From positions 190,836,001-190,900,000 of the forward strand of contig JBITNC010000001.1 of the NCBI GenBank assembly GCA_050084985.1: DNA of 64,000 nt, in the 5' to 3' direction. This DNA is from Nageia nagi. Taxonomy: Eukaryota > Plantae > Pinophyta. Shown here piece by piece: positions 48,301 through 59,099 of this stretch (positions within the stretch are counted from its first letter, which is position 1; each line of letters opens with the position of its first letter). The notes below the pieces were generated by a model. That model saw only the letters and a program-made list of their open reading frames with translations, was not told the DNA's origin and searched no databases. A program made the translations under genes and the position numbers.

Positions 48301-49339
48301 GTTTTTATGAACCATAAGAGTTTGATAGTTTGAGCGTAGCTCCTAGAAAGACCTGAAATAAAGAATATTGCGAAGAGAGATTGAACATGATTGTTTTAGT
48401 GAGAAAATGAGTTTTTACTTGGATCAAAATATAATCTAGGGTACATATGTCAAGCCAAGTTGTTGAACTGATTCAAACAAAATCTATTGATCTTCTTTGA
48501 AGCCTATTAGTCAAGTGTGACCAACACTATTACATGGTTAAGAGGAGAACTACATATATGCATATTAACAACTGATACAAAAGCCTGTTATATACATAGT
48601 AACATGCCATGACAAAAGGGAATAGGTTTCTATATCCCTGATTGTCAAAGCAACTTGCATGAATTGTTATTGCTTATGTAATAAGACTGGTTGATGACAT
48701 GTGGTTAGCAGTTGTCGAAACAAAAAAAGGTAAAGTCAATATTAATGTGCTTTGAAACCTATTGGTTTGTAGGACCTATCATCAGTTTTTAAATATCATC
48801 AATGTAAGGGGTAGAATTTGAACATGAAACCTTCAATGTGAGTGTCTTCACACTCACTTGTCTTCCAACTCCCCTAACAAGAGACGATATTTAAAAAACC
48901 TCTCTCTCCCTTGACATGCTCCTTAGAAGGTTTAGTACATAAAATAAGTTCAGAGGGAAGATTAGAACTTCAACATTTAATATTTTGTTCAAACACAACT
49001 AAAGAAGTGGGGCAGATGAAGAGTATCTGTGAATACTTGCAACTTGTTGAAGTCTTGGTAACTACTGCATGTATGGTTACAGGGAAGAGTGTTTCTTCAT
49101 GTACTCTAGCATACGACATAAAAATCTTGCAAATCTTCTTGACTTCTATGTTTGAGGTTTTATGATCTCCTGTTTTTTACAAAGAGTTGTGTGTTTTGTT
49201 ACTTCGTAGAGATGAGGACAGGACTAAGAATTTCTCAATTTGGTGAATTTTTCTTTTATTATTATCTTTTTGCAGGGAAAATGAAGCATCTCTAGCTGTT
49301 TTACCTGATCTGCTGATGGAACTAGACAGCATGGATGAG
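9271..49339 (+). CDS. PANK2: Pantothenate kinase 2 (PanK + DUF89 phosphatase fusion), internal 8 exons; gene continues beyond both window ends
   Basis: Exons join(9271-9383,9499-9691,10939-11150,13515-13559,13701-13749,30809-30891,31327-31443,49276-49339) splice in frame with no stops: [60 protein letters not shown]...ISWMEKF...YEPNTVDL...[34 protein letters not shown]...[27 protein letters not shown]...[21 protein letters not shown]. This matches my recall of Arabidopsis PANK2. Confidence 0.96.
9499..9691 (+). CDS. PANK2: PANK2 exon ([22 protein letters not shown]...DLNEK)
   Basis: tttcag| acceptor, AAG|gttgtt donor. Confidence 0.96.
9901..10676 (+). mobile_element. hAT-type MITE with ACTCGG/GACTCG subterminal repeats
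   Basis: Ends CATAGTA...TACTACG. Perfect 8-bp TSD AGTGGAAT (9893-9900, 10677-10684). Confidence 0.9.
10939..11150 (+). CDS. PANK2: PANK2 exon (ISWMEKF...LEDPKR)
   Basis: tgcag| acceptor, CG|gtgagc donor. Confidence 0.96.
11590..12540 (-). mobile_element. L1-type LINE ORF2 C-terminal fragment
   Basis: Minus strand reads [58 protein letters not shown], with stops and frameshifts. Ends approximate. Confidence 0.8.
13058..13077. repeat. (TGTA)5 microsatellite
   Basis: Direct reading. Confidence 0.8.
13515..13559 (+). CDS. PANK2: PANK2 exon ([15 protein letters not shown])
   Basis: ttgcag| acceptor, CA|gtaagt donor. Phases match both neighbours. Confidence 0.93.
13701..13749 (+). CDS. PANK2: PANK2 exon ([16 protein letters not shown]), ends at a GC donor
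   Basis: ttgcag| acceptor, AAG|gcatgt. Joining to 30809 gives DLVDKAVASEGG. Confidence 0.92.
16337..16753 (-). mobile_element. Second, internally shorter copy of the hAT MITE at 9901-10676, inverted
   Basis: Reverse complement starts CATAGTAGTAAATCTC and shares about 200 bp of near-identical sequence (TTTTCAATTGCATATTA...GGAAGGGGCATATGTTTATATTCATCAAAATGTTAAAACTTC). TSD poor. Confidence 0.8.
17426..17608. mobile_element. Two giant-LTR-family 5' ends fused in inverted orientation (deletion scar)
   Basis: TGTTGTGCTCGCACAACACATCCC at 17426 (+) and GGGGTGTGTTGTGAAAGTCACAACA ending 17608 (-). LINE RT on the left flank, LINE ORF1 on the right. Confidence 0.8.
17827..22287 (+). mobile_element. Giant solo-LTR-like unit, ORF-less (about 3.4 kb net of a nested solo LTR)
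   Basis: TATTGTGCCTGCACAATACACCCC...CTTCCCAACA. Flanks CCACC/TTGCC both derive from CCGCC, which restores LINE ORF1 codons W-A-D. TATAAATA at 21315. Confidence 0.88.
20130..21185 (+). mobile_element. Solo LTR (1056 bp) of a different family nested in 17827-22287
   Basis: TGTAAATGATCCA...TGGATCAGTAAACA inverted ends, TSD ATTTG on both sides, TATAAAAAGG at about 20812. Confidence 0.85.
23630..23778 (+). pseudogene. BED zinc-finger fragment (hAT-transposase N-terminus type)
   Basis: DPFWQCVTP...[22 protein letters not shown]. Confidence 0.7.
24403..24771 (+). pseudogene. Histone H3 pseudogene (intronless, H3.1-like)
   Basis: [48 protein letters not shown]. Two internal deletions and stops. 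F at position 41 suggests H3.1. Confidence 0.92.
25109..25360 (-). pseudogene. N-terminal fragment of a PLS-class PPR gene
   Basis: [20 protein letters not shown]...YST..LH..ALPE..VPSFTH resembles the typical PPR start (LC..GRLKEA..L, STY..LLQ.C, GKQVHS). Frameshifted. Confidence 0.65.
26420..30029 (-). mobile_element. hAT DNA transposon, full-length but decayed
   Basis: TIRs CAAGGTTGGAAAA / TTTTGAACCATG, TSD GTAAAAAT/GTTTAAAT (6/8), ACTCGG subterminal repeats, transposase inside. Confidence 0.92.
26761..29345 (-). pseudogene. hAT transposase pseudogene (BED finger, DUF659/RNase H-like core, C-terminal dimerisation domain)
   Basis: [59 protein letters not shown]. Frameshifts, and introns near 27380-27480 and 27880-28005. 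Confidence 0.93.
30809..30891 (+). CDS. PANK2: PANK2 exon ([28 protein letters not shown])
   Basis: aatag| acceptor, AG|gtatgg donor. Confidence 0.95.
31327..31443 (+). CDS. PANK2: PANK2 exon ([10 protein letters not shown]...YKTIKQR)
   Basis: ctgcag| acceptor, AG|gttggt donor. Confidence 0.95.
32405..36460 (+). mobile_element. Giant solo-LTR-like unit, ORF-less (4056 bp), about 45 bp missing from the 5' end
   Basis: TSD CCACC (32400-32404, 36461-36465). 3' end GGGAAAGAAAAGCATCCCAACA. TATAAATA at 35408. Collinear with the reverse complement of 53441-61606 except for the ORF block. Confidence 0.9.
37251..38294. repeat. Array of 10 degenerate 48-bp palindromes with non-repeated spacers
   Basis: Consensus GGCGCATGCCTCAAAAAGACAAAA/TTTTGTCTTTTTGAGGCATGCGCC. 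Periods 112,115,114,145,145,72,158,66,66. Confidence 0.92.
39670..42910 (-). pseudogene. LTR-embedded gene of about 1,080 codons, unknown function (N-terminal globular domain, disordered middle, coiled-coil C-terminus), decayed
   Basis: ORF-track pieces 42701-42934, 42366-42710, 41737-42591, 40895-41590, 40110-40799 and 39670-40113 tile one reading. Collinear homolog at 54679-57841. Confidence 0.85.
43105..43112 (-). promoter_or_regulatory. Candidate TATA box for the LTR-embedded gene
   Basis: Minus strand CTATAAATAC, about 200 bp upstream of the ATG at 42910 and downstream of the palindrome array. Confidence 0.45.
43263..44233. repeat. Array of 8 degenerate 48-bp palindromes
   Basis: Same consensus as 37251-38294. 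Periods in element orientation 113,114,114,144,145,72,216. Confidence 0.92.
45632..46475. mobile_element. hAT-type MITE with GTCCCC/GGGGAC subterminal repeats
   Basis: CAAGGTTGTCA...TGATAAAATTG imperfect TIRs, TSD AAAATGTT/AAAATATT (7/8). Confidence 0.8.
48803..48885 (-). mobile_element. Partial tRNA-derived SINE head related to 50541-50729
   Basis: Shares GAATTTGAACATGA (B-box-like on the minus strand) and CCCCTAACAAG. Confidence 0.5.
49276..49339 (+). CDS. PANK2: PANK2 exon ([21 protein letters not shown])
   Basis: ttgcag| acceptor, GAG|gtatcc donor. Confidence 0.95.
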
Positions 49340-49392
49340 GTATCCTTCTCACTGGTTACTGTCCTTTTGTTAGAACATAATACTTTGTAATA

Positions 49393-49965
49393 TACATAGT
49401 CTAGAGCATAATATAAAAAAACTTAATTAAAAGGCAAATATTGCCTCTGTATGTGGGATGATCCATCTTAGTGTAAGTGCTGATGTTTTGCATCTTGTAA
49501 GTTTGTTAGTCTGATAATATAGGCTCATGAATATATTATTTGTAAAAGGAAAATCAGATGGTTTCTATTCTTTAATCTAACCAAAGCATCAGGTAAATTG
49601 TCTTACTGGTGGTTAAGCATTGCTGAAGAACTGCATTGCAAATATATTCCTTTGCAAGTTCTGGGTCCTTAAAACTCTTTTAAAATGCTTTACATAGTCT
49701 AGAGCATGATCCAAAAACGTAATTACAAGGCAGGATTGCCTCTGTTTGTGGGATTATCTATCTTAAAGTAATTGATGATGTTTTGCATCTTGTACGTTTG
49801 CTTATCTGATAAGACAGGCTTATGAATATGTTATTTGTAACAGGAAAAGTCTTATGGTTTCTGATCTTTAATTTAGACCAAGCCCAGGTAAATCATTCTA
49901 GTATTGCATATATAATTCTTGGTAACTTCAAGGCCTTTAAAGCTCTGTTAAAACTTTTACATTTT
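49393..49965 (+). repeat. Diverged direct tandem duplication of about 298 bp of intron sequence
   Basis: TACATAGTCTAGAGCAT at 49393 and 49691, with collinear downstream sequence. Confidence 0.85.
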
Positions 49966-50540
49966 TCCAGATGAGCTCTATTTCCCATTAACATATCTAT
50001 TATTAAATTTGTGATGCAACTGGATTTTCATGAGTGGCTGCTATGACCAATTTTGGAATGCACAGGTTTGGTAAAGAGGAAGGAACAAACATTTGTAAAA
50101 GTCTACTACATGAATGAAATTGTGCCTCAGTCCAGGTTCTTTAAAATGCCAACGTGTAAATTGTATGACACTGTAAAATTGTTGCAACACTATATTAAAT
50201 TATTAATATACTTGTTCCTCTCTGTATTAAATATTATCAGCTATCAGGTTTATGGGGTTTTTTCTGCTATGGATGTGCACAATGAAAAAAACAGAACACT
50301 GTTAACTCTTTTACCTTAGCAGCAGGCTGTCCTTCTAATTTCAAGTGTGTTTGTATAGCTTTAAATACACATGTACATACATCTTATACATCTCTAATTC
50401 AGAAACCTATTCCAATAGCATGTAAAGACCAAGTACAGTATGATTGGCACTAGATAAGCAATCTTGAATGCAATCTCAATTAAAAATATTTTCTCAGATG
50501 ATCCTCGAAGACCTGTATATTGTCAAACAAAGACCTGCAT

Positions 50541-50729
50541 TTTTTTGGTATTGGTCATGAGGGTTTTGAAAGGCTCCCCAAAGCTTGTACAATTGGAACT
50601 TTGTCACGCACATGTGACATTTGGAGCAAATCTCTGTCTGTAGGGTGTGGAATTTGAACATGAGACTCTATTTACAAGAGCTGGGAATTTCTACACCCAA
50701 GGTTCACCAAGTCCCCTAACAAGTGGAGA
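50541..50729 (-). mobile_element. tRNA-derived SINE
   Basis: TSD TCAAACAAAGACCTG(C/T)AT on both sides, A-tail on the minus strand, B-box-like TGTTCAAATTCC. Confidence 0.75.
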
Positions 50730-50769
50730 TCAAACAAAGACCTGTATATTGTCAAGAAGTTAGCAAATA

Positions 50770-51410
50770 AATATAGATCCTCCATTCTTGAAGATGCAGA
50801 TTTATTTATCCTCCATGGTCATTGGAAATGTTTCCTACATTGTCATTGTTATTATAACTTGAATATTCCCATATAGAGATATGTACCAACAATTGTATAG
50901 TTTATCCATTCTTGGTTGTGTATACTTAGTCCTCCTCTAGGGACGTTCTTTAGTTTTAGATAATCCATGTGAGATGTCATTCATAGAAATTCCGAGATAT
51001 TTAGATTTTCCATGTGCATAGGGAGATAGAATTGCTTATTAGATCTTTGTGTTGGATTGTAGATGCTGAGATTTGATAGATCCTCTTAACAAGAGAGATG
51101 TTGGTTGTAGTTCCTTCATTAGAGGTGATTCACTGTAAGATTGCATCTTCTTCTTTGGAATTGTGAGACAAAAGAATTGCTTGCTTTATCCATGTTGAGA
51201 GATGATATGAAAAGAATCCATCATTAGAGTTGTCTTGTGAAGTCCGGTAATTCTCTTTTTGTAGGGGGTTAATTTGTAGAATGCTTCCAAATGTAAGACA
51301 TTGAATTGTTTAGCCTTCAGAAGGAGTTGAAATCATGACATTCAGACGTGGTCCATTTTTATCTCAATTTTCGTTTAAGGGGGAGAATGTTGTGAATAAA
51401 TACTTTATGC
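50770..51410 (+). mobile_element. Ty1/copia-like 3' UTR fragment with PPT and LTR start
   Basis: TTAAGGGGGAGAA immediately followed by TGTTG at 51388. Related sequence at about 52745-53020. Confidence 0.45.
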
Positions 51411-51951
51411 TTCATTGTGTAAAGTAAGTCAGCATACACATACAAGACTAGAACAGAAATTGGAGGCATTTGATGATCAACCAGAATAGAAATTATTTAA
51501 TTAATAATTGAACAGATTTTCATACTCTCATGCTAAGTGGTTGAGTTTGGCACATTCTATCCAATAAATGTGAAAATTGCCAAATCTCTAAGTGTTGTGA
51601 ACAAATTCGGATATTTTATGCAAAAACTTTGTGGCTGCATATGAGCCCTAGATCTGAAGTCAAGGCTGACCAGATTCATAACAAAGCACAAAACATTCCA
51701 TCTATGGAGTGTGTTCTATTCATTCGCCCTCTTTTGTCTGTTGTTTGCCATGTATGGTCTCCAAAGTGTGTTCAAAACAGACCCAAACAGACCCCTTTGG
51801 CCTTTGCCCTTCGCTCCCAGCCTCTTGATGCCCTTCGCTGCTAGCAAGCAGCACGTAAAGAATGGATTGATCATGTTTTACCCTAATTTTTACATGTAAA
51901 TTTAATTGTAAACTAATCCTCTTATACATTCAAATTTATTTGTAATATTTT

Positions 51952-52065
51952 TTTTTGATACACGCACCCAACTCACGCACCCAATGCAGTGATTGGAACT
52001 CAGGACCAGGCGATGACCGTTGCAGCCATCCCAAGGCCCAACCGCAGGGTTGCCTCCATTGGAGC
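51952..52065 (-). mobile_element. Short tRNA-derived SINE (about 114 bp)
   Basis: Perfect 15-bp TSD TATTTGTAATATTTT (51937-51951, 52066-52080), A-tail, B-box-like GAGTTCCAATC. Confidence 0.85.
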
Positions 52066-54678
52066 TATTTGTAATATTTTGATTTTCATATTTTTTCATT
52101 ATATTTCATTTAATTTTAATCATTAATGTTTTTATCATATTTAATTTTCTTATTTTTCTAATAATTTTATTATACTTAATTTTAATATTTTAATTATATT
52201 TAATTTTAATTTTTATAATAATTTTATAATGCATTTTAATGTATTTATAAATTTGTTTAATACATTTATATAAAATATTATATTTAATTGTGTAGAAGCA
52301 AAACTAAATGATATTTTTATTTCTATTTTTTCAGAAAAGCAATGGCACCACCCAAATCATATATGTTACTAAATGATTTATTTTCTTTGTTACTGAATGA
52401 TTTACATAATGAATTATCATATATGTACATTTTTAACATATCAAATTTTATTCCGAATTTTTTAACATGTCGAATGAAATTCGAACTTTTAAGAATGCCA
52501 AACTTGGATACGAACTTGTACTGAACTACTTACCTGTCATGTTAGTACATATCAGACCTTATTAGTTTTGGTTTTATAGCATATTTAATTGGAACTCGTG
52601 TCTAATTATAACTGACAATTGATGTACTGCAGTGGATTTTAGTAACTGATATATTGATGCACTACAGCAAAGTCAGGTTAAAATTAGTTAGCTTCACTTT
52701 AAAATACGTATTCATGATGTAGTAGACTGATTGATTTTCATATTCTAGAGATGTATTACGGAATTGTATTGTTGGGATATCCTATACGTCATATATATTA
52801 CTAAATTACAGAATAGAAGTGTGCATGTCATGAGACTTAGTGGAATTTCATTTTTCATCATTGGAGATGTCCTAAAATATTCTTGTTTGTAGTTCTCCAT
52901 GTGAGATGTTGTATCCCTCATGAGAGATGGCTCATAAATGGATGAATTATTTATGGAAATACCATGACAGTATGCACATGTGTTCTTTGTTGATTGTTGC
53001 ATTCATCTCCATAGGTTATGATACAATTCAACTTTTTTAATATGTTAATTCCACTCTCATATCACAGTAGTAGCATGAATAATATAAATGAGCAAAAAAC
53101 AGTAGAACATTATGTGTATTTGCCAAATCCAAAAACTGAATAATAGATTTTTGAAATGAATGTCAATGAAGCAATCCAAGGGCTGTTGTCACTTCGAGGG
53201 GAAAATCTCCAAGTATTTGAAAATACTGATTAAGATACGAATTGACACTGATGATTATGGGCATAGTTGCTATTCCTATTTATAAGTAAATCTAGCTAAT
53301 GCATTGATAGCTATGCTCTAGAGCCAAATATCCATGTGATAAGGCTAGAGCTAATGAACTTCAAGATAGATGTGCAGTTATGTGGAATGTTTTTTAGAAC
53401 ATTTGCTTTCTAAGTTTAATCCTCTTCAACGAGGTCCTTCTGTTGGGATGTTTTTCTTTCCTGTGTAGGACACTCTGAATATCGCGCGCAGAACTTAGGA
53501 GATCCCAAGCAACATAGTTGGGAATGTGTTACCAATTCCCTGGTTGAAAAGGACTGTGTACCTCCAAGGCTCTTGTTGAAACACCCTGCTCAGCGACCCC
53601 AACGTTGTGATGTTGAAAGGTATGTCCGCCAGGTGTGTTTTCTAAATAAAGATAGATAAATAAAAATGCAGTATCCCTATTTGAAATCAGCCTCAATGGA
53701 ATGGAATGAGAGGTATGTAGTTTGTTAACCAACGATGTTTTATTTTTTGATGTATAGAGTTTGTTCGGAATTTTTGGGTGTGTACTTAACGATCATATTT
53801 GGGTATGAAAGCATAAAGACAATACTGTAAAAGGTGAAGGACAACACCTTGGAGAAAGAAAGGATACTTGGTCGGATATGGGTTTGAGGTTCATTGACAG
53901 GAAAGTGTCTAAAAGTTTATCTCTTTCGAATTGGTTAAGGACTCTTCATCCAATTCATCCAACCTTGCAAGCAAACACCTCAACGTTCGAATTGCTTCAA
54001 AGAGGGGCGGGGAGGAATGCCAATTGTCGGTTCTCTATGAGTAGGACCGATGCAATTGAATGGAAAACGGGAACTTCTGAAAGTGGGAGGATCATGGTTT
54101 TGGATGAAGGACCTAACAAGATGTCATAGAAGTAGAAACTGACAAAGAATACCCAATCAACTTGCATGTTAAGGATCACGCAATAAACATAGGTAAGCTT
54201 CAAGTACTTTTTAAAGTTTTTCAGAGATAGCTTCCCTAAAGCTCGAGAACTTTCAAAGGAATAAAATGAAAGTACACAAACCCACTATGAGTGCCCTCAA
54301 AGAATCAATTCATAACATCAATATGAAAAGTGTCAAACTCAAGTCTTTGTATTAATTTGAAAAAGAGTTGTGCAAGGATACATCAATTTGCTACTCTCTT
54401 ACAAAAGTTATCTCTTCAAGCTTGAAGTGCTTTGCTTCAGAATGAAGTCCTTACAAAAATGAGACCCTTGGTCTCTTATAGAGTTTGAAAATCCTAAAAG
54501 TGACTTTTGAAACCCTAGAAATGAGTTTGAAAACCCTAACCATAATTGCGAAATTAAAAGCTGATTACAAGCTAATTAAAAATGCTAAATAGAGATTACA
54601 ATTGGACTTAGTGGAAATCCACTAAGTTGGTTAAATATTTGGCTTACATACCAAAAACTTGCCAAAATAAACCCTTTT

Positions 54679-57600
54679 CTATTTTGGCGATTGTAGGAAG
54701 ATGACTTGCACGTTTGTAGCGATTTTAGCTTCAAAGTCATCTCCCATGAACGCTTCTACGTTCCTAATGGTGCGGTGGATTGTTTGGAGAGCTCCTTCGT
54801 TTGATAGCAGGTGCTCCATGATGGCCTTATTGTTTTTTACCATTTCCTTGCACCAATTGGCCAATTTCATCCCTCCTATCATCTGTTTTCAGGCTATGTG
54901 GATCCTTAGAACATATTTGCTCTGCGATAGTGGTGTGGATCATTGTCATCACTGTCACATACGCCTTGATGTCGCCATTCTCCTCAAACAAGGGTGCTTG
55001 GAATTCCTATTCCCTTGCCTATTCACTAATGACAGCTTTGAGTTGAGTTCTAGTGTATATGAAGTTGGTGGACTTGGCTTTGATGTAGAACAGATAATTG
55101 TACAGTTGGAACCAATCTATGCAAAAATCTAGCACGAAAGGATGATGGGTTGCTCTTCTCCGTAGGTCTAGCATTGTAGGGTACCCACTCTTCCACTTGA
55201 TGATCAATTGGTCTATTTTCTCCGCCTGAGAATGTGAACCCTCCTCCTCAATATAAAAATTTACTATGCTTGAGTGGAGTGCTTTGATGGCCTCAATAAG
55301 GTTCTTGGTCCATCCTTGCTTCAGGATGGTGATTCCAATATTTAAGTCAACTTGCTTTTTGTTGCTTTCAACTATCAAATTAGTAGCCTTGACTTCTTTG
55401 TCGATCATTTCCTGCCTCACCATTATCTTCTTCAGCTCCCAGATCTCTAACTTTAATAAGGTACCGGATTCCCTCAATGCCCGTGCATTTGTGATGATGC
55501 TATGCTCCATTCCCAATGTGCCAACAATCTCTACAGGGATCTCTTTTGTCTCGATGGTGATGGCAAACTTTCCGATACCAACCTTGTTTTTCCTTGAGTA
55601 GAGCTTGTCCTTGTAGGTGACTTTTCCTACAATGGTGATAAGAGTATCAATTTGCTGAAGTTCCTGATTTTCATCTTCAGAATCTTCTCCTTTGCAGTGG
55701 TGATTTGAACTCAACTTCATGCTCTACTTGTCTTCTTTTTCTCCTTTGTTCTTCATTTTCTCCCTCATCCTCTTGATTTCCACCATCTCTTCCTGAAGAT
55801 GATGCCATTGTCCTAGGTTTTGAAGTACCCTTCTGAGTTGATGTTGTCATAGTCCTCCGAGATGGTGGCATTTGTGACGCCTATTTCCAAGGAGTGGATT
55901 TTGAGGTGGTTGCTTCTGCTGCTTGTACAGTCACATCAATTGAGGGACTGACTACCTTTATCAAAAATCTCTACTGAATGGTCAGTGTCAACCCTGTCGA
56001 AGGCAATATCTTAATTTGTCTCTATATTGGTATCAATGATTGCACTAAAATCCATCTCTTCATCTGACTTTGACGAACTGCTCAGTCCATACTTGTCAGA
56101 ATTGGATGATGATGTGCTAGGATTTTGATTCAGGTGTATACCACTCCGATTCAAACCTTGTGGGAGATCTATCTTTTTTCTGCAAGTGTTTGAGAGATTA
56201 AACCTTCTCTTCTGAGATCTAGGATGGCATTCTTCGTACCCGTGATAGTTGTTTCAATGGTTTTTCCAAGGATGCTATTGGTAGCATACTGCCTATTTTG
56301 TCCTTGAGACAGGCTTATTGAAGGGGATATTATGGGAATAACATACCCATGGCTTGGGGTTACTGAGACCTATGCATTGGCTCTTAACCTGGCAGCTTCT
56401 TTGGCTTCGTGCTGTTTTTGTTTTTTTTTTAGCTCCTTGTGAATCCGTTGAACTTGCAAGGCATCCTGAATGTTCTTGTACCTCTCAATGCTACCAAGCG
56501 ACTAGTGTGGATATGATGAGCTCCATGTCTTCTGGAAAAATGCATCAATCACTCCATCGGGATCATAGTGATCCGCAGCTGCTTCAGTCGAGAATTCATA
56601 CAACACTAGCTCTTGTTTAATATTTTCAATCTGTCGCCAGGTGGTGCATTCATAATTCTTGATGACAATAGGCAATTGGTAAGTGGTTGCCGCCTTCTTT
56701 ACCCATACCTTGTTGTGTAAGTTTATCAAGTGTTTTGAAAATTCCATAAGGATTATACGATCACTTGCATAACGGGGTAGCCTGTAAGGGGCTTCTTTGG
56801 AGCCATAGACCCTAAGGTAGGTGAACTCTATGTCTTCCGCAAAGAAGTCCGCATGTCCCTTGATAGTGGCAGCAGTCTCTTTGGATATTCTGAATATGTT
56901 GGCTCTATCCATGATCTCTTCGTAAATTTTGCCTTCAAAACCATCGGTCATCATCGTCCAGTTTCCAATATTCCATTTGTTATGAGCATAGAACCGGGGG
57001 TAATTTTCCCACATTGGATGTGTAGGGTTGTACAAATACTGGGTATTGGCAATTGAAGTTACCCTCTCCCTACCATGAAGGAGTAGGAAAACTAGGTAGG
57101 AGTTCATATAGAATTTCTTGCTCTTTTGAATGTGTTTCAGTTGTTGAGCCAAGGAATCACTAATTACTCTTCTCCATCTAACACCTTTACCGCTACTGAT
57201 TAGCTCTATAAATTTCGCGAATTCCGGTCCGAATTTGCTGTCATCTTTCTGTCTAGTCACTCTGGAAAGCATGGATATTAGTCTGGAGACTACTGGATAG
57301 AACTCTGCTCTGTTTGGTGTTGCTAAGGCTCTCCTTGTGAGACGCTTGTGATCATCGATCAACCAATTTCTAATCAAATCAGTTGGAGGTTTCAGACCCT
57401 TGTGGAACTTCAAGTAGTCTTGCACATTGTATGATAAGCCTTCGCCCTTCCAAGCGAATGCCCTTTCTATTCCTTCCTCAGAGAAGTCCATGATTACCTC
57501 GTTTCTTCTATCAAGGAGTCTTCGCTTTCGGATGTTGCAATGCTTTCCTAGCTCGTAGCATAGTTCAGGGAAAGGGGTGGCAAATGGCACCATAGAAGCC

Positions 57601-57841
57601 GATAGTAGCAAGGAAGTTTTCAAGGTGTCCTTCACTAGTGAAGCTGGATCCAATGTATGTATTTTCATTAGAGTTTTAATTGGATCGAGGGAGTTGAATC
57701 TGTGTCTCCAATCTCGCTCAGTTGGTCAATGATTCTTGTGGTGGGCATCACGAGCTCTGACGTATGTTCAAGTGTGATGGGACTGTCCATTGTGAGCCTT
57801 CTCTGCTTCTTGTCTTTGATGTTCTGAGTGACTAACGCCAT
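54679..57841 (-). pseudogene. LTR-embedded gene of about 1,050 codons, homolog of 39670-42910, decayed
   Basis: MALVTQ start. Pieces 57668-57973, 56502-57668, 55677-55871, 55019-55720 and 54679-54882. Shared motifs IGDTD, PF..PF.ELC, IMDF, FYP.V, GK..RW..V.SDS, KFY.NSYLV..LLHGR, PY.LPR and H.I..NA. Confidence 0.85.
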
Positions 57842-59099
57842 TGTGTCCCTATCTAAAAGAACAACAAGAGTTAGAAGAGTCCTAGGGAGCTTATGGCACT
57901 TCCTAGGCAAGCAAAGAGGGGTTTTTGAAAAATTTGGATTTTTTTGGCGTTTTTTCACTCTGTGTGCCATCATTGAAAAGCGTTGTAATTTGCAATTTTC
58001 AAGGCCCTCTGGGTAAGTTTGAGATGGTACAAAGGTAACTAGCTCAAAGGGGAATGCCTTGGTAAAAAATTAGGATGATTGGAGAATTTTTACTTTTTTC
58101 TCAAAGAAAGTTGACTTTTTCAGCAAGAAAAAGTGGTGAAATTTGACAAAATTGGCAAATGGTGCTGGAATCAAGTTTCTGACAACTTAGATATGAGTGA
58201 GGAAGGTATTTCAGACTTTGAAACGGCCAAAAAGGACTTCAAAAACAATTTTAAGAGTTTTTGGAAATTTTTTTGGATTTTTTTTCAAGAAATGAGGATT
58301 TTGAGCACTCAGATCTTGGATCATATATATATTTTTTTTGTTTTTTTTTTAAAACAAAAGTTGATCACAAAGATAAAGGGTATCCAAAAAAGTTATCAAA
58401 CTTTAATTTTGAAAAAATAAATTTTCAAGTGTTTGAGGGTTTGAAAAATGGGTTTTTGTGTAAAAATCCTCAAAACTTGGAAAAAAATGGAGTTCATGTA
58501 AATGGAGGATGCTTGGATTTCGAATTTTAATGGAGTTTGGAGGAATGGCTAAGATGCTATGTGTTTGAAAAATCCTCAAAGGCTGAAAAATGTCTTTCTT
58601 TCTCACTTGGCTCTCAAATTCTCATGCTGCCCAAATGAAAGTGGTGAAAAATGGATGGGGTATGCATGTATTTATATACTTAGGAGGTCAAATAGTGCCA
58701 CATGTCAATACCAAATTAACCCTAAGTCAAAAGCTTGCATTTTGGATTCATTCTTTCCTTGCCAAACGTTGGAAAACATAGAAAACATGGAAAAATGCCA
58801 AAACCTGCACCTAAGTGTGGAAGGAGCAGTTTTGGTGCAATGTGGGGGGTCTTGGAAGCAAAGATGATGGTCTTTGGATGCTCTTCAACCTCCATGTTTC
58901 ACATTTGGATTTCGAATTTTGAGATTTTTGAGAAAAAATCCAAATTTTTTGAGTTTTCTCAGCCCTTGAATCCCATTTGGATGCAAAAAGATGGTTTTTC
59001 GGAGTTTGTGTTGACCAAATTGCACAAATGATAGGTCAAAATGGTGTTGAATCACACCACCTATGTCATGGAGGCAAAAAATTGCAATTTTGGGCACTT

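Noticed and set aside
50280-50319. EKNRTLLTLLP as the next PANK2 exon (expected RLLTLIEGVLAANIFDWG)
   Set aside because: Stops immediately with no IEGVLAAN. The next exon appears to lie beyond 64000.
51540-52510. Possible Mutator-like MITE (AGTTTGGCACATTCT ... AGAATGCCAAACT)
   Set aside because: Short inverted match with no convincing TSD or defined ends.
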